From: Escherichia coli
Lineage (GTDB): Bacteria > Pseudomonadota > Gammaproteobacteria > Enterobacterales > Enterobacteriaceae
Length of the DNA: 64,000 nt
Assembly: GCF_030013595.1 (NCBI RefSeq)
Contig: NZ_CP122768.1
Reading direction: 5' to 3' (one strand)
Both the position numbers and the translations under genes were made by a program. The notes beneath the pieces were generated by a model. It did not search any database. It saw nothing but the letters and a program-made list of their open reading frames with translations, and was not told the origin of the DNA. The first letter of the stretch is position 1. Each line of letters begins with the position of its first letter. This document shows positions 45,080 through 58,327 of this stretch, piece after piece.

Positions 45080-46098
45080 AAAAGCTAGGGGATTTACCTG
45101 ATGTCACTTTTGAAGAGGCCTGCCTAAGATGGCTTGAGGAAAAAGCTGATAAAAAATCTCTCGATTCAGATAAAAGCCGGATTGAGTTCTGGCTTGAACA
45201 TTTTGAGGGTATAAGGCTTAAAGATATCTCGGAGGCAAAGATTTACTCTGCTGTAAGCAGAATGCATAACAGAAAGACGAAAGAAATATGGAAACAGAAA
45301 GTTCAGGCCGCCATCAGGAAAGGTAAAGAACCGCCTGTTTATGAACCAAAGCCAGTATCAACTCAGACAAAGGCAAAGCATCTTGCCATGATAAAGGCCA
45401 TTCTCCGTGCTGCAGAACGCGACTGGAAGTGGCTGGAAAAAGCGCCTGTCATCAAGATACCAGCGGTCAGAAACAAGCGAGTCAGATGGCTGGAAAAGGA
45501 GGAAGCAAAACGCCTTATTGATGAGTGCCCCGAACCACTGAAATCTGTCGTCAAGTTTGCGCTGGCAACTGGTCTGAGAAAGTCGAACATCATAAATCTG
45601 GAATGGCAACAAATCGACATGCAGCGACGAGTTGCCTGGGTGAATCCAGAAGAGAGCAAATCAAACCGCGCCATTGGTGTGGCGCTGAACGATACCGCCT
45701 GTAAAGTGTTGCGTGATCAAATAGGCAAGCATCACAAATGGGTGTTTGTACATACCAAGGCGGCTAAGCGAGCAGATGGAACATCAACGCCTGCGGTCAG
45801 GAAGATGCGCATCGACAGCAAGACATCATGGCTATCAGCTTGTCGTCGTGCAGGAATTGAAGATTTCCGTTTCCATGACCTCAGACACACCTGGGCAAGC
45901 TGGCTGATCCAGTCAGGCGTCCCATTATCTGTGCTTCAGGAAATGGGCGGATGGGAGTCCATAGAAATGGTTCGTAGGTATGCTCACCTTGCGCCTAATC
46001 ATTTGACAGAGCATGCAAGGAAAATAGACGACATTTTTGGTGATAATGTCCCAAATATGTCCCACTGTGGAATTATGGAGGATATAAAGAAGGCGTAA
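44935..46098 (+). CDS. int: Tyrosine integrase (DLP12 IntD type)
   Basis: 387 aa; C-terminal catalytic region with HDLRHT..Y; ends 16 bp from argU. Confidence 0.9.
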   Translation: MSLFRRNEIWYASYSLPGGKRIKESLGTKDKRQAQELHDKRKAELWRVEKLGDLPDVTFEEACLRWLEEKADKKSLDSDKSRIEFWLEHFEGIRLKDISEAKIYSAVSRMHNRKTKEIWKQKVQAAIRKGKEPPVYEPKPVSTQTKAKHLAMIKAILRAAERDWKWLEKAPVIKIPAVRNKRVRWLEKEEAKRLIDECPEPLKSVVKFALATGLRKSNIINLEWQQIDMQRRVAWVNPEESKSNRAIGVALNDTACKVLRDQIGKHHKWVFVHTKAAKRADGTSTPAVRKMRIDSKTSWLSACRRAGIEDFRFHDLRHTWASWLIQSGVPLSVLQEMGGWESIEMVRRYAHLAPNHLTEHARKIDDIFGDNVPNMSHCGIMEDIKKA

Positions 46099-46113
46099 CT
46101 GATTGAATTGTAA

Positions 46114-46190
46114 TGGCGCGCCCTGCAGGATTCGAACCTGCGGCCCACGACTTAGAAGGTCGTTGCTCTATCCAACTGAGCTAAGGGCGC
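46114..46190 (-). tRNA. argU: tRNA-Arg (UCU) argU
   Basis: Reverse complement gcgcccttagctcagttggatagagcaacgaccttctaagtcgtgggccgcaggttcgaatcctgcagggcgcgcca is a cloverleaf with anticodon TCT and terminal CCA. Confidence 0.9.
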
Positions 46191-46432
46191 GTTGATACCG
46201 CAATGCGGTGTAATCGCGTGAATTATACGGTCAACCCTTGCTGAGTCAATGGCTTTTGATCTGGTTGCTGAACAAGTGAACGACCGCGTCTGATTTTCTG
46301 ATTTATTTCGCTATAGCGGCAAACAAACGTACATCGCTGCGCGTCTGAATCAAGAAAACTCGTATTTTCATGTATCAAAGTACAATTTCCCGCCCTAACG
46401 GAAAATTGTCCGATCCAATGAGACTGGTAACT

Positions 46433-47065
46433 ATGAAACCAACGTCGGTGATCATTATGGATACTCATCCTATCATCAGAATGTCTATTGAAGTTCTGTT
46501 GCAAAAAAACAATGAATTGCAAATTGTCCTGAAAACGGATGATTATCGCATAACCATCGATTATCTCCGAACCCGTCCTGTTGATTTAATCATTATGGAT
46601 ATAGACTTGCCCGGAACAGACGGTTTTACCTTCCTGAAAAGGATCAAACAAATCCAGAGCACAGTGAAAGTATTATTTTTATCATCGAAATCAGAATGCT
46701 TTTATGCTGGCAGAGCGATACAAGCTGGTGCTAACGGTTTTGTCAGTAAATGCAATGATCAGAATGATATTTTTCACGCCGTTCAGATGATCCTCTCCGG
46801 ATACACTTTTTTTCCCAGCGAAACGCTCAACTATATAAAAAGCAATAAATGCAGTACGAATAGTTCAACGGTCACGGTGCTATCTAATCGTGAAGTGACC
46901 ATATTACGTTATCTGGTTAGCGGATTATCCAATAAAGAAATTGCCGATAAGTTATTACTTAGCAATAAAACAGTTAGTGCGCATAAATCTAATATTTATG
47001 GCAAGCTAGGTTTGCATTCAATTGTAGAGCTTATCGACTACGCCAAATTATATGAATTAATATAA
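46433..47065 (+). CDS. fimZ: Response regulator FimZ (LuxR-family)
   Basis: 210 aa from MKPTSVIIMD; receiver domain plus LuxR HTH. Confidence 0.85.
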   Translation: MKPTSVIIMDTHPIIRMSIEVLLQKNNELQIVLKTDDYRITIDYLRTRPVDLIIMDIDLPGTDGFTFLKRIKQIQSTVKVLFLSSKSECFYAGRAIQAGANGFVSKCNDQNDIFHAVQMILSGYTFFPSETLNYIKSNKCSTNSSTVTVLSNREVTILRYLVSGLSNKEIADKLLLSNKTVSAHKSNIYGKLGLHSIVELIDYAKLYELI

Positions 47066-47067
47066 TA

Positions 47068-47583
47068 TTAATTGTAATTGATCATAAATATCGCATCCGC
47101 TTTCGCCACACCTGGCTGAACACCGCTGGCTAACGCTCGATAATTGGCAAAAAAGTTTAGTGTGACATTGCCATTTGCATCTACTTCCTCAGTCGGACTC
47201 GCCTCCCCCAGTGCGAGCCGGGAGCGATCGCTATTACGTAATTCGATGGCGACGGTTTGTGCCATTGCGGGATCATCCAGAGCCAGCAGGTTGGCATCAG
47301 ATGCCGGCGTTCCCGTAAATAAAATCGCAACTGAACCCGGAGGACATCCCTCCAGCCGCAGGCTAAAAGGGACGAGTGCCGTGGTATCGCCAGCGCTCAG
47401 TAATTGTGTCGTAGGCCATCTGCCTAAATCTACCGTCTTATCCTTATCCGCTGTGTTTACGGTACAGGAGAAATCAACAACGTTACCGTGCAAATTGATA
47501 TTAATCGTTCCTAAAGGGTCAACTGCCCATCCACTGGAACTCCACAGTAGCCCGCAGAAACAGCTAAAGAGTACTCTTCTCAT
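47068..47583 (-). CDS. sfmF: Fimbrial minor subunit SfmF
   Basis: 171 aa from MRRVLFSCF; fimbrial subunit. Confidence 0.8.
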   Translation of the reverse strand: MRRVLFSCFCGLLWSSSGWAVDPLGTININLHGNVVDFSCTVNTADKDKTVDLGRWPTTQLLSAGDTTALVPFSLRLEGCPPGSVAILFTGTPASDANLLALDDPAMAQTVAIELRNSDRSRLALGEASPTEEVDANGNVTLNFFANYRALASGVQPGVAKADAIFMINYN

Positions 47584-47593
47584 TCTCCGTACC

Positions 47594-48601
47594 TCATTGA
47601 TAATCGACGCGTAAATACCCCAGCGCGCTAAACGGCCCTTCGGTCGGTTTTTGACCGGTAATACTGATAGGCCAGGCGCGAAGTGTGACATTGGCTGCCG
47701 CAGCTGCATCCAGACGGAAAGGAATAACGCTATTGAGATCGTTAGGCGTGATCGGCGTATCGTTCTGATCGGCCACAATAAAACCTAAATCCTGATTGTC
47801 CGACACCATCGCCTGACCAGAAACGGCACTGGCTTCCAGACGCATTGTTAAATAAGCCTGCGCAGCAACATTCGTACATTTGATCGCAATGCTCTTGGTT
47901 TGCGGCATGACACCAGCTGGTCGATTCCCCGGCCCTGCCGCACTAAATAACGATGCGCCGATATCACCAAAATCAAATTCAACAATTTGCCCGGCATTTA
48001 ATTCGCAGTTTTGCGGTACTTCAACCCGGCCACCAAAACTAATGGTATAAACAGGTGTAACCAACGGATCGTTAGGCGTTGATGTCACATACACGGTAAA
48101 CATCACCTGTCTGGGGATCTCCACCATGTTAATAAAGGGACGAATAACCTTTAAACGAAATATCAAACGAGAATCCATCACCCCGAACGGAAGGTTTTGC
48201 GAAACGTTAGGATCTGTTCCCATACGGATATAATTTTGCGGGGGAAACTGAATATCCATCACGCTATCAACCAGACTCATCGCACCTAATAGATAATCAT
48301 TTAATTGCATATATTTATAATTATCGATAGTTTCCTGAACAATAAAGTTGGTGACATAACTACGGTATGTATAATTCACCAGCGTGCCGGGTGGACAAAT
48401 TGCTGACACACCTACCCAGCCGGATTTTTCCGGTAAAACAACAATCTGGCCTGGCTGGTTATTGGTGCTATTAAAGACATTTGAGAGATCATAGTGTTCA
48501 TCTTCTGCTACGCCAGTACTATTTGCACAAACAGTAGCCCAGGATATGTTTGCCAGACACAAACATGCCATTGCCAATAATAATCTGCAGATTATCTTCA
48601 T
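47594..48601 (-). CDS. sfmH: Fimbrial adhesin-like protein SfmH
   Basis: 335-aa ORF with signal peptide. Confidence 0.8.
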   Translation of the reverse strand: MKIICRLLLAMACLCLANISWATVCANSTGVAEDEHYDLSNVFNSTNNQPGQIVVLPEKSGWVGVSAICPPGTLVNYTYRSYVTNFIVQETIDNYKYMQLNDYLLGAMSLVDSVMDIQFPPQNYIRMGTDPNVSQNLPFGVMDSRLIFRLKVIRPFINMVEIPRQVMFTVYVTSTPNDPLVTPVYTISFGGRVEVPQNCELNAGQIVEFDFGDIGASLFSAAGPGNRPAGVMPQTKSIAIKCTNVAAQAYLTMRLEASAVSGQAMVSDNQDLGFIVADQNDTPITPNDLNSVIPFRLDAAAAANVTLRAWPISITGQKPTEGPFSALGYLRVDYQ

Positions 48602-48613
48602 TGATAATTTCCT

Positions 48614-51223
48614 TTATGAGCCAGAATGTGTGCAAACTGCCGAAATAACAGTGACGGCTTGCTGTAAGCTTTGCTTCGGCAATACATAGTGCGCAATGCA
48701 GCGTGAGTTCGCGCCGTCTCCCCACTGAACCAGTAATTCACCAGACAATGGCGCACCACTTAAATAAACTTGCCCGTCATCACCCACCATACTGGTTATT
48801 CCGGTACTGTTTTCCCGTACCAGTGATCCAAACGGCACCGGTTTTCCGCCCTGGGTAACGGTAATGAGCGCCCGCACGCCTATGCGGGTATCAAAATTGG
48901 CACGAACCAACGCGCCTTGCGTCGGCACAACACTGCTAATATTTTTTTCAACATCGATGGAATTCCCCATCGTATTGGTATCAAGCGCGATACGGTTATA
49001 CCGATAAACCGTGGCATACGGCATCACCGCATAGCCGCGCCAGTCGGTTAAAATGCCAGTTTGATTTTCAATGCGTACACCGCCTGCGCCAGGCGCTTTA
49101 ATCAAAACATTGGTATCCCCTAAAGGCTGGCTCAGCGTTATGCCATTTTCATGTCCGACCACACCGCCAGACAGCTGCCAGTTAACGTCATGTTGATCGC
49201 GGTCGTAGTTATACCCGACCCCCAGCGTACCGTAAGCGGCCTGCCAGTTTGCCGTAGCGCTGCCCGTATACCCATTATTCGAGGTATCGCCCTGGCTTAC
49301 GTGATAACTCAGGTTGTGGCCTTCCAGTAAGGTCCCACCTACACCTGCCAGCCAGCTATTTTGCCCGTTGCTGTTACGGTTGGCGTTAAAGGAGGCATAA
49401 GCGCGGTCGAGCGCATTTTCCCGGGTGTAGCGACGTTTGGTCAAAACATTGAAAGGCACTGAAACATTAAGTCCGACAATACGTTCGTTATCGGGGATCC
49501 CTACAGATTCATTCCACGAAAATGAGAGCGAATAACTGATGCCAACCCAGCTGCTGGTATACCCCACCTGATACCACGTATCTGAATCCGAAGTATTCCA
49601 GTATTTTTGATGGGTACCAGAAATATAAAGCGAGCCAAAGTCATTAAGTGATTGTGAAATATTTAACTGCAAACGGTCTTTACGGCTAAAGCGTAAATTG
49701 TGGTAATTCACGATTATCGGTTCATCGCGATACTCACCGTCATAATCGTAATCATATTCGTACCCCTCCATACGACGATACGCAACATCATCAAGGGTAT
49801 AAAAACCTTGTGTCGAATAGCGGTAACCCATTAACTGAAAATTGGTGCCGAAAGTGTTCATTGATTTCGCATAGAGGAAGCGAATAGAATCCCCCTCATG
49901 ACGACTATCGTCGGCTAACTGACTGCGCGCATGGGTCACATCCAGAGATACCGCCCCCCAGTTTCCGAGATTGCGCCCCAGCCCTAATAAAAAGGCGGTG
50001 TAATTGGCAGATAATTGCGTCCCGCCGTAGGCAGTAAATTCCTGTGGTAAACCGCCGAGTGCCGTGCCCTGAAAAAAGAAAGGTGATGATTGCTGACTAT
50101 TACCGCTACGAAAATCGCCCGCCGTCAGGTCAAATTTGAAACGCCCTTCGCGTTGTAAAATTGGCACTGTTGAATACGGAATCGTGTAATTCTGCTGATT
50201 GCCATCGCGCTCGTCGATGGTGACATCCAGATCGCCATTTGAAGATGTCGGGTGCAAATCTGTAATTTCAAAAGCGCCGGGGGAAACATAGCTTTGATAG
50301 ATAATAAAACCATTTTGCCGAATCGTTAGCTGGGCCGCCGTACGGGCAATCCCACGTACCGTTGGGGCAAACCCTTGCTGGCTATCAGGATACATATTAT
50401 CGGAAGAATAAAGCCGTACACCTCGAAATCCGACGCCATCGAAAATATCACTCCCTGTATTACCGTCTCCCATTACCAGTTCACTTTTCAGCGGAATAAT
50501 GGCGCGCTGTACCCAGGTGCCAATATTATTCCACTGTTCTGAATGATATCCATTTCCGCGAAAATAGTTCCAGGAACCATTGTTGCGTAAACGCCACGGG
50601 CCAATATTAATCCCGCTGAGTTCACTAAAAAAATAGCTATCGTTACCATTACCTCTGTTACCGGTGAAATTATAGTTCAGGAGTAAAGCAGGAATACCTT
50701 CATCCCACTCTTCAGGCGGAATGTAACCGTGAGCGCTACTCAACAACGCTATCTGAGGAATAGTGATGTTCAGGCGCATCGCTGCAAAATCAAAGTTAAT
50801 TGTGGCATCAGGTACAGCTTTCAGTAAATTGATGCATTTATTATTTTGCTGCTGGGCTAACTCAGGGAATGCACTGCTATTAAGGCCAATTCGTTCAAGG
50901 AGTGCCTGGTTAAAACAAGGCATTAACCCACCTGATTTATCACCTGTATTTACTGTCGTCGATTCAAATACGATATCCTGTGAACCAATGAACTCATCAT
51001 TACGCCAGAGATCCACCCGATACACGCCCGCAGGTTGATGATTACCTCTCTCAAAGCGCGATAAATCAGCAACGGATGTGCCATTCTCTAATAAAAATGC
51101 CGGGTTGAAATAACTTTCCGCATAGCTTAAAAAGGAGGGTAAAATGGCAAGAGATGAATAACAAATTCCGGCCAGACACCAGGTATACCTCTGCGGAATA
51201 TCCGTAGTAGTGGGTATTTTCAT
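48614..51223 (-). CDS. sfmD: Fimbrial usher SfmD
   Basis: 869-aa outer membrane usher. Confidence 0.9.
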   Translation of the reverse strand: MKIPTTTDIPQRYTWCLAGICYSSLAILPSFLSYAESYFNPAFLLENGTSVADLSRFERGNHQPAGVYRVDLWRNDEFIGSQDIVFESTTVNTGDKSGGLMPCFNQALLERIGLNSSAFPELAQQQNNKCINLLKAVPDATINFDFAAMRLNITIPQIALLSSAHGYIPPEEWDEGIPALLLNYNFTGNRGNGNDSYFFSELSGINIGPWRLRNNGSWNYFRGNGYHSEQWNNIGTWVQRAIIPLKSELVMGDGNTGSDIFDGVGFRGVRLYSSDNMYPDSQQGFAPTVRGIARTAAQLTIRQNGFIIYQSYVSPGAFEITDLHPTSSNGDLDVTIDERDGNQQNYTIPYSTVPILQREGRFKFDLTAGDFRSGNSQQSSPFFFQGTALGGLPQEFTAYGGTQLSANYTAFLLGLGRNLGNWGAVSLDVTHARSQLADDSRHEGDSIRFLYAKSMNTFGTNFQLMGYRYSTQGFYTLDDVAYRRMEGYEYDYDYDGEYRDEPIIVNYHNLRFSRKDRLQLNISQSLNDFGSLYISGTHQKYWNTSDSDTWYQVGYTSSWVGISYSLSFSWNESVGIPDNERIVGLNVSVPFNVLTKRRYTRENALDRAYASFNANRNSNGQNSWLAGVGGTLLEGHNLSYHVSQGDTSNNGYTGSATANWQAAYGTLGVGYNYDRDQHDVNWQLSGGVVGHENGITLSQPLGDTNVLIKAPGAGGVRIENQTGILTDWRGYAVMPYATVYRYNRIALDTNTMGNSIDVEKNISSVVPTQGALVRANFDTRIGVRALITVTQGGKPVPFGSLVRENSTGITSMVGDDGQVYLSGAPLSGELLVQWGDGANSRCIAHYVLPKQSLQQAVTVISAVCTHSGS

Positions 51224-51253
51224 AATTAGCTCTGATATTGTCAGATGATTCGG

Positions 51254-51946
51254 TTAGTTTAAGTTCACTTCTCTGACCGGGGTTACTGAACCATAATCAT
51301 TAACGGTCTGAAATTTCAGCTTTCCCTGCACTCCTGAGGGTAAGGGAATTTGTGAATTAACTCTGGGTGCAGCCATAGCATTCCCCAGTTTTTGGCTGCC
51401 CACTTGCAAGTTAACCAGGGTGACATAAAAAGGTGATGGATTATGAACATTGATATAGTTAGCGGATCGCGAAAACTTGAGTGTGTCCGGCGCTTCTGCG
51501 GGTAATTCTTGTAATTGAATTGGACGGAGAAATAATTTCATGCGCGATAAAATCGCCAGTTGCAAAACATTCCTGCCGTTCAATGCATTTTTATCTACCG
51601 AAGGGATCGTCTTAACATTCATCCAGAACAGAGACTCACGATCTGCCGCCAGCGGTGGACCGGTGTAAATAATACGCAAAGTATTTTCGCTTTTGGGTTC
51701 ACTAACAAACAGTGGCGGTGTAATGATGAATGACTTTTCTTTTACACCGCTGCTGTTTTCAATCCATGAATTGACCAGAAAGCGCTCATTGGTATGGCTA
51801 TTTCTAATCCATACCGCAGTCTGTTTAGCATCAGCGGGATAAATAATACGCGTGGCACCTAATGCGATCCCTCCGGCAGCATGGGCGCTGGTCGAAATGA
51901 TTAAATAAAATATAATGAGCATCAATAACTTTATTTTAGTCATCAT
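51254..51946 (-). CDS. sfmC: Fimbrial periplasmic chaperone SfmC
   Basis: 230-aa PapD-like chaperone. Confidence 0.9.
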   Translation of the reverse strand: MMTKIKLLMLIIFYLIISTSAHAAGGIALGATRIIYPADAKQTAVWIRNSHTNERFLVNSWIENSSGVKEKSFIITPPLFVSEPKSENTLRIIYTGPPLAADRESLFWMNVKTIPSVDKNALNGRNVLQLAILSRMKLFLRPIQLQELPAEAPDTLKFSRSANYINVHNPSPFYVTLVNLQVGSQKLGNAMAAPRVNSQIPLPSGVQGKLKFQTVNDYGSVTPVREVNLN

Positions 51947-52164
51947 AGTTAATACGCCTTGTGTATTCCTGACGGCAAAAATAAGGAGTATAAAGAAATG
52001 ATTGCTTTGGTTTCTTACAACACATCATTCCCTTTTCATTTAATAAAGCGGCATGATACAAAGTGAGCGTGATTTCGATTACATTGACACCATACCGCTT
52101 CAGACAACCGGTACATTACTTCGTTATAAGACGTGATATATAATTCAAAACTACGTAGTTTTGA

Positions 52165-52707
52165 TTATTCGTATCTCATAATAAAAGTCGCGTCAGCATT
52201 TGCTTGCCCTGCTGATGCACTTGTACCGGTGCCTTTATAACGTGCAGAAAAATGAAGAACGTTGGTCCCGGGGATCAAGTTCTGGTTGGTTGAGAAGCTA
52301 TTCCCATCAGGTTTGAGAATTGCGGATGTATTATCAAGTATTTCAATACCGACACCCGTTGCTGTTGTTGTATTAGTACTGGATGCAATGGCCAATAAAT
52401 TATCATTGATTGCATCCGCCTGACCAGAAAATGCAACGGCAGCATTAGCGGCAACGACAGGATCGCAGTCGTTCAACTGTATAGTGAATGGAATTAATGC
52501 AGAGGTATTACCAACAGCATTGAAAATATCGGTACGATATTGACCGAGTGTGACAACCTGGTCTGCCGAGTCAGTATTCACTGAACAGGCAGCATTCACC
52601 AGTTCGCCTTCAAAGTGAATTGTACCGCCATCTACAACGGCAGCATAACTACCCGTAGCGGCGAATAGTGCGGCGGCCAGCGCAGACGAAATAAATCTTA
52701 ATTTCAT
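52165..52707 (-). CDS. sfmA: Fimbrial major subunit SfmA
   Basis: 180 aa from [16 protein letters not shown]. Confidence 0.85.
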   Translation of the reverse strand: MKLRFISSALAAALFAATGSYAAVVDGGTIHFEGELVNAACSVNTDSADQVVTLGQYRTDIFNAVGNTSALIPFTIQLNDCDPVVAANAAVAFSGQADAINDNLLAIASSTNTTTATGVGIEILDNTSAILKPDGNSFSTNQNLIPGTNVLHFSARYKGTGTSASAGQANADATFIMRYE

Positions 52708-53177
52708 ATATATTCCTTCAATCTCATTTATCGACTCCACATCCGTATATAACCGATTACTTTATTTAAGACACTGATAGTAGTAAATTCCTTTTTATCC
52801 TCTAAGAATGTCTTAATTGAAAATATGCACTCTATTCTAAAAAATAGAGAGCCCCGTTAGATGAATACTTCCGCGCAAAATATATTCAACACAAATATAG
52901 ACCTGAAGCGGTAAATTACCAGGCTGAAAATTCTTTTTATATTGTCAGGTATTTCTTAAATTATCTTAATCCTTTGACAAGGAAATAAGTCAGTTCCAGA
53001 TTTACAACGCCATCATGGACGAAAAATGAAGCTTTCAATCTCAGCGACAGTGCGCCTCACCTTCGCACGAGGTCGCTTCACGCGATAAATCTGAAACGAA
53101 ACCTGACAGCGCGCCCCGCTTCTGACAAAATAGGCGCATCCCCTTCGACCTACGTAACAGATGGAATCCTCTCTCTG

Positions 53178-54044
53178 ATGGCAGCAAAGATTATTGACGG
53201 TAAAACGATTGCGCAGCAGGTGCGCTCTGAAGTTGCTCAAAAAGTTCAGGCGCGTATTGCAGCCGGACTGCGGGCACCAGGACTGGCCGTTGTGCTGGTG
53301 GGTAGTAACCCTGCATCGCAAATTTATGTCGCAAGCAAACGCAAGGCTTGTGAAGAAGTCGGGTTCGTCTCCCGCTCTTACGACCTCCCGGAAACCACCA
53401 GCGAAGCGGAGCTGCTGGAGCTTATCGATACGCTGAATGCCGACAACACCATCGATGGCATTCTGGTTCAACTGCCGTTACCGGCGGGTATTGATAACGT
53501 CAAAGTGCTGGAACGAATTCACCCGGACAAAGACGTAGACGGTTTCCATCCTTATAACGTCGGTCGCCTGTGCCAGCGCGCGCCGCGTCTGCGTCCCTGC
53601 ACCCCGCGCGGTATTGTCACGCTGCTTGAGCGTTACAACATTGATACCTTCGGCCTCAACGCCGTGGTGATTGGCGCATCGAATATCGTTGGCCGCCCGA
53701 TGAGCATGGAACTGCTACTGGCAGGTTGCACCACCACCGTGACTCACCGTTTCACTAAAAATCTGCGTCACCACGTAGAAAATGCCGATCTATTGATCGT
53801 TGCCGTCGGTAAGCCAGGCTTTATTCCCGGTGACTGGATCAAAGAAGGCGCAATTGTGATTGATGTCGGCATCAACCGTCTGGAAAATGGCAAGGTTGTG
53901 GGCGACGTCGTGTTTGAAGACGCGGCTAAACGCGCCTCATACATTACGCCTGTTCCCGGCGGCGTTGGCCCGATGACGGTTGCCACGCTGATTGAAAACA
54001 CGCTACAGGCGTGCGTTGAATATCATGATCCACAGGGTGAGTAA
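53178..54044 (+). CDS. folD: Bifunctional methylenetetrahydrofolate dehydrogenase / cyclohydrolase FolD
   Basis: 288 aa, [19 protein letters not shown]. Confidence 0.95.
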   Translation: MAAKIIDGKTIAQQVRSEVAQKVQARIAAGLRAPGLAVVLVGSNPASQIYVASKRKACEEVGFVSRSYDLPETTSEAELLELIDTLNADNTIDGILVQLPLPAGIDNVKVLERIHPDKDVDGFHPYNVGRLCQRAPRLRPCTPRGIVTLLERYNIDTFGLNAVVIGASNIVGRPMSMELLLAGCTTTVTHRFTKNLRHHVENADLLIVAVGKPGFIPGDWIKEGAIVIDVGINRLENGKVVGDVVFEDAAKRASYITPVPGGVGPMTVATLIENTLQACVEYHDPQGE

Positions 54045-54045
54045 C

Positions 54046-54258
54046 ATGGCGACATTTTCTTTAGGTAAACATCCGCACGTTGAGCTGTGCGACTTGCTGA
54101 AACTGGAAGGCTGGAGCGAAAGCGGCGCGCAGGCGAAAATCGCGATTGCCGAAGGCCAGGTGAAAGTCGACGGTGCGGTTGAAACGCGCAAACGCTGCAA
54201 AATCGTTGCCGGGCAGACAGTGAGTTTTGCAGGTCACAGCGTACAGGTTGTTGCCTGA
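54046..54258 (+). CDS. ybcJ: S4-domain RNA-binding protein YbcJ
   Basis: 70 aa from MATFSLGKHPHVEL. Confidence 0.85.
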   Translation: MATFSLGKHPHVELCDLLKLEGWSESGAQAKIAIAEGQVKVDGAVETRKRCKIVAGQTVSFAGHSVQVVA

Positions 54259-54365
54259 TCCCTTTCCCGGCCTGTAACAACAGGCCGGTTCTCTTTTCAG
54301 ACTTTTGCCCTCTACGCCCCGTTCATCCATGCTGATAGCATCGACATTTTGCCGAAGCGACCATC

Positions 54366-54887
54366 ATGCCAACCGTTATTACGCACGCCGCCGTTCCCCT
54401 TTGCATTGGTTTAGGGTTGGGTTCGAAAGTCATCCCTCCGCGCCTGTTATTTGCCGGAATCATCCTGGCGATGCTGCCCGATGCCGACGTCTTGTCGTTT
54501 AAATTTGGCGTTGCTTACGGCAATGTTTTTGGTCATCGCGGGTTTACCCATTCGCTGGTGTTTGCGTTTGTTGTCCCGCTGTTATGTGTGCTGATTGGAC
54601 GTCGATGGTTCAGGGCTGGGCTGATTCGCTGCTGGCTGTTTTTAACCGTCTCGTTGTTATCGCACAGCTTGCTGGATTCGGTAACCACTGGCGGTAAAGG
54701 GGTTGGCTGGCTGTGGCCGTGGTCAGATGAACGCTTTTTCGCTCCCTGGCAGGTGATTAAAGTCGCGCCGTTTGCATTGTCTCGTTACAGCACACCGTAC
54801 GGGCATCAGGTGATAATTTCTGAATTGATGTGGGTGTGGTTGCCGGGGATGCTACTGATAGGAATGTTGTGGTGGCTCAGACGATAA
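54366..54887 (+). CDS. ybcI: Inner membrane protein YbcI
   Basis: 173-aa hydrophobic ORF. Confidence 0.75.
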   Translation: MPTVITHAAVPLCIGLGLGSKVIPPRLLFAGIILAMLPDADVLSFKFGVAYGNVFGHRGFTHSLVFAFVVPLLCVLIGRRWFRAGLIRCWLFLTVSLLSHSLLDSVTTGGKGVGWLWPWSDERFFAPWQVIKVAPFALSRYSTPYGHQVIISELMWVWLPGMLLIGMLWWLRR

Positions 54888-54922
54888 CCGGATGCGAAAA
54901 CTCGCATCCGGCAATAGCGCAA

Positions 54923-56308
54923 TTACTTACGACGCCAGGTGGTCCCTTGCGGGCCATCTTCCAGCACGATCCCCATCTCGTTAAGACGGTCACGCGCCGC
55001 ATCTGCCGCCGCCCAGTCTTTCGCTTTACGGGCATCCAGACGCTGTTGAATTAACGCTTCAATCTCAGCCACTTCGCTGTCGTCTGCCTGCGCGCCGCTT
55101 TGCAGGAACGCTTCCGGTTCTTGCTCCAGCAGGCCCAATACGGCGGAAAGTTTACGCAGATGAGACGCCATCGCGTTTGCCGCTGCCATATCTTCTGCTT
55201 TCAGACGGTTTACTTCACGCGCCATATCAAACAGTACGGAATAGGCTTCCGGGGTGTTGAAATCGTCGTCCATCGCTTCAATAAAGCGCGCTTCAAACGC
55301 TTCGCCACCCGCAGGCGCAACGGTTTTATCTGTGCCGCGCAGCGCAGTGTAGAGACGCTCCAGCGCCGCACGCGCCTGCTTCAGGTTCTCTTCGCTGTAG
55401 TTCAGCTGGCTGCGATAGTGGCCCGACATCAGGAAATAACGCACGGTTTCCGCGTCGTAGTATTTCAGCACATCGCGCACGGTAAAGAAGTTACCCAGCG
55501 ATTTGGACATCTTCTCGCGGTCAACCATCACCATTCCGGAATGCATCCAGTAGTTCACATACTGACCATCATGGGCACAGGTGGACTGAGCGATTTCGTT
55601 TTCGTGGTGTGGGAACATCAGGTCAGAACCGCCGCCGTGGATATCAAAGTGGTTACCCAGCTGCTTGCAGTTCATTGCCGAACATTCAATGTGCCAGCCT
55701 GGACGGCCCGGGCCCCACGGCGACGGCCAGCTCGGTTCGCCCTCTTTCGACATCTTCCACAGAACGAAATCCATCGGGTTGCGTTTGTCGTCGACCACGT
55801 CAACGCGCGCGCCTGCCTGCAGCTGGTCGAGATCCTGACGCGACAGCACGCCATATGTCGGATCGGTCGGTACGTCAAACATCACGTCGCCGTTGTCCGC
55901 CACATAAGCGTGACCTTTGGCGATCAGTTGTTCAGTGAGTTCAATAATTTCTGCGATATGGTGCGTCGCGCGCGGCTCCATATCCGGGCGCAGAATGTTC
56001 AAAGCATCAAAATCTTTGTGCATTTCGGCGATCATGCGATCCACCAGCGCCACAAAGCTTTCGCCATTTTCATTGGCGCGTTTGATGATTTTGTCGTCGA
56101 TATCAGTAATGTTGCGCACATACTTCAGCTTATAGCCGAGGAAACGCAGATAGCGCGCAACCACGTCAAAGGCAACAAAGGTACGCCCGTGACCGATATG
56201 ACAGAGATCGTAAACGGTGATTCCACACACGTACATGCCGACTTCCCCGGCGTGAATAGGCTTAAATTCCTCTTTTTGGCGTGTCAGAGTATTGAAGATT
56301 TTTAGCAT
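54923..56308 (-). CDS. cysS: Cysteine--tRNA ligase CysS
   Basis: 461 aa with HIGH and KMSKS motifs. Confidence 0.95.
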   Translation of the reverse strand: MLKIFNTLTRQKEEFKPIHAGEVGMYVCGITVYDLCHIGHGRTFVAFDVVARYLRFLGYKLKYVRNITDIDDKIIKRANENGESFVALVDRMIAEMHKDFDALNILRPDMEPRATHHIAEIIELTEQLIAKGHAYVADNGDVMFDVPTDPTYGVLSRQDLDQLQAGARVDVVDDKRNPMDFVLWKMSKEGEPSWPSPWGPGRPGWHIECSAMNCKQLGNHFDIHGGGSDLMFPHHENEIAQSTCAHDGQYVNYWMHSGMVMVDREKMSKSLGNFFTVRDVLKYYDAETVRYFLMSGHYRSQLNYSEENLKQARAALERLYTALRGTDKTVAPAGGEAFEARFIEAMDDDFNTPEAYSVLFDMAREVNRLKAEDMAAANAMASHLRKLSAVLGLLEQEPEAFLQSGAQADDSEVAEIEALIQQRLDARKAKDWAAADAARDRLNEMGIVLEDGPQGTTWRRK

Positions 56309-56481
56309 CGAAGATTCCGTTTAGACATGTGTGGGTAATTGAGTTGCGTATAATACCCATATTTCCCGCGCGAATCAGCATACATTGCGTGATGATCCGA
56401 TCGTGCGGTTATGCTATAACACCACCCTATGTATGACCCGAACCGGGTTGAAGCACCAATCAAACGGAACAGGATGCAAAA

Positions 56482-56976
56482 ATGGTTACTTTCCACACCA
56501 ATCACGGCGATATTGTCATCAAAACTTTTGACGATAAAGCACCTGAAACAGTTAAAAACTTCCTGGACTACTGCCGCGAAGGTTTTTACAACAACACCAT
56601 TTTCCACCGTGTAATCAACGGCTTTATGATTCAGGGCGGCGGTTTTGAGCCGGGCATGAAGCAAAAAACCACCAAAGACCCGATCAAAAACGAAGCCAAC
56701 AACGGTCTGAAAAATACCCGTGGTACGCTGGCAATGGCCCGTACTCAGGCACCGCACTCTGCAACTGCACAGTTCTTCATCAACGTGGTTGATAACGACT
56801 TCCTGAACTTCTCTGGCGAAAGCCTGCAAGGTTGGGGTTACTGCGTGTTTGCTGAAGTGGTTGAAGGCATGGACGTGGTAGACAAAATCAAAGGTGTTGC
56901 AACCGGTCGTAGCGGTATGCACCAGGACGTGCCAAAAGAAGACGTTATCATTGAAAGCGTGACCGTTAGCGAGTAA
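56482..56976 (+). CDS. ppiB: Peptidyl-prolyl cis-trans isomerase B
   Basis: 164-aa cyclophilin. Confidence 0.95.
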   Translation: MVTFHTNHGDIVIKTFDDKAPETVKNFLDYCREGFYNNTIFHRVINGFMIQGGGFEPGMKQKTTKDPIKNEANNGLKNTRGTLAMARTQAPHSATAQFFINVVDNDFLNFSGESLQGWGYCVFAEVVEGMDVVDKIKGVATGRSGMHQDVPKEDVIIESVTVSE

Positions 56977-56978
56977 TC

Positions 56979-57701
56979 GTGGCGACACTCTTTATTGCAG
57001 ATCTTCATCTCTGCGCGGAAGAACCGGCGATCACCGCCGGTTTTCTGCGTTTTTTAGCGGGGGAAGCCCGCAAGGCCGACGCGCTGTATATTCTTGGCGA
57101 TCTGTTTGAAGCGTGGATTGGCGACGACGATCCCAACCCACTCCATCGCCAGATGGCGGCAGCGATCAAAGCGGTGTCCGATTCCGGTGTTCCCTGTTAT
57201 TTCATTCATGGCAACCGTGATTTTCTGCTCGGCAAACGCTTTGCCCGTGAAAGCGGCATGACGTTATTGCCGGAAGAAAAGGTGCTCGAACTGTATGGTC
57301 GCCGGGTGTTGATTATGCATGGCGACACGCTGTGCACCGATGACGCCGGTTATCAGGCTTTTCGCGCCAAAGTCCACAAACCCTGGCTGCAAACGCTATT
57401 CCTCGCCCTGCCGTTGTTTGTGCGCAAACGCATTGCCGCGCGAATGCGAGCGAACAGCAAAGAAGCCAACAGCAGTAAATCGCTGGCGATCATGGCCGTT
57501 AACCAAAACGCGGTGGTCAGTGCGATGGAAAAACATCAGGTGCAATGGCTGATTCACGGGCATACCCATCGCCCGGCAGTACATGAACTTATCGCCAATC
57601 AGCAACCTGCTTTCCGCGTCGTGCTGGGTGCCTGGCATACTGAAGGTTCAATGGTGAAAGTCACGGCAGATGACGTTGAGCTGATTCATTTTCCGTTTTA
57701 A
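56979..57701 (+). CDS. lpxH: UDP-2,3-diacylglucosamine hydrolase LpxH
   Basis: 240 aa, GTG start, metallophosphoesterase motifs. Confidence 0.9.
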   Translation: MATLFIADLHLCAEEPAITAGFLRFLAGEARKADALYILGDLFEAWIGDDDPNPLHRQMAAAIKAVSDSGVPCYFIHGNRDFLLGKRFARESGMTLLPEEKVLELYGRRVLIMHGDTLCTDDAGYQAFRAKVHKPWLQTLFLALPLFVRKRIAARMRANSKEANSSKSLAIMAVNQNAVVSAMEKHQVQWLIHGHTHRPAVHELIANQQPAFRVVLGAWHTEGSMVKVTADDVELIHFPF

Positions 57702-57817
57702 ATACCCGCAACTTTGCTGATTTCACAGCCACGCAACCGTTTTCCTTGCTCTCTTTCCGTGCTATTCTCTGTGCCCTCTAAAGCCGAGAGTTGTGCACCA
57801 CAGGAGTTTTAAGACGC

Positions 57818-58327
57818 ATGTCTTCCCGCAATAATCCGGCGCGTGTCGCCATCGTGATGGGGTCCAAAAGCGACTGGGCTACCATGCAGTTCGCCGCCGA
57901 AATCTTCGAAATCCTGAATGTCCCACACCACGTTGAAGTGGTTTCTGCTCACCGCACCCCCGATAAACTGTTCAGCTTCGCCGAAAGTGCCGAAGAGAAC
58001 GGTTATCAGGTGATTATTGCGGGCGCAGGCGGCGCAGCGCACCTGCCAGGCATGATTGCCGCCAAAACGCTGGTGCCAGTGCTGGGCGTGCCAGTACAGA
58101 GCGCCGCACTGAGCGGTGTCGATAGCCTCTACTCCATCGTACAAATGCCGCGCGGCATTCCGGTGGGTACGCTGGCGATTGGTAAAGCTGGCGCGGCAAA
58201 CGCGGCGTTACTGGCAGCACAAATTCTTGCGACTCATGATAAAGAACTGCACCAGCGTCTGAATGACTGGCGCAAAGCCCAGACTGACGAAGTGCTGGAA
58301 AACCCAGACCCGCGAGGTGCGGCATGA
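57818..58327 (+). CDS. purE: N5-carboxyaminoimidazole ribonucleotide mutase PurE
   Basis: 169 aa from [16 protein letters not shown]. Confidence 0.95.
   Translation: MSSRNNPARVAIVMGSKSDWATMQFAAEIFEILNVPHHVEVVSAHRTPDKLFSFAESAEENGYQVIIAGAGGAAHLPGMIAAKTLVPVLGVPVQSAALSGVDSLYSIVQMPRGIPVGTLAIGKAGAANAALLAAQILATHDKELHQRLNDWRKAQTDEVLENPDPRGAA

Noticed and set aside
55100-56305. 401-aa ORF on the + strand
   Set aside because: Antisense to cysS, which has clear class-I synthetase motifs
56302-56988. 228-aa ORF on the - strand
   Set aside because: Antisense to ppiB
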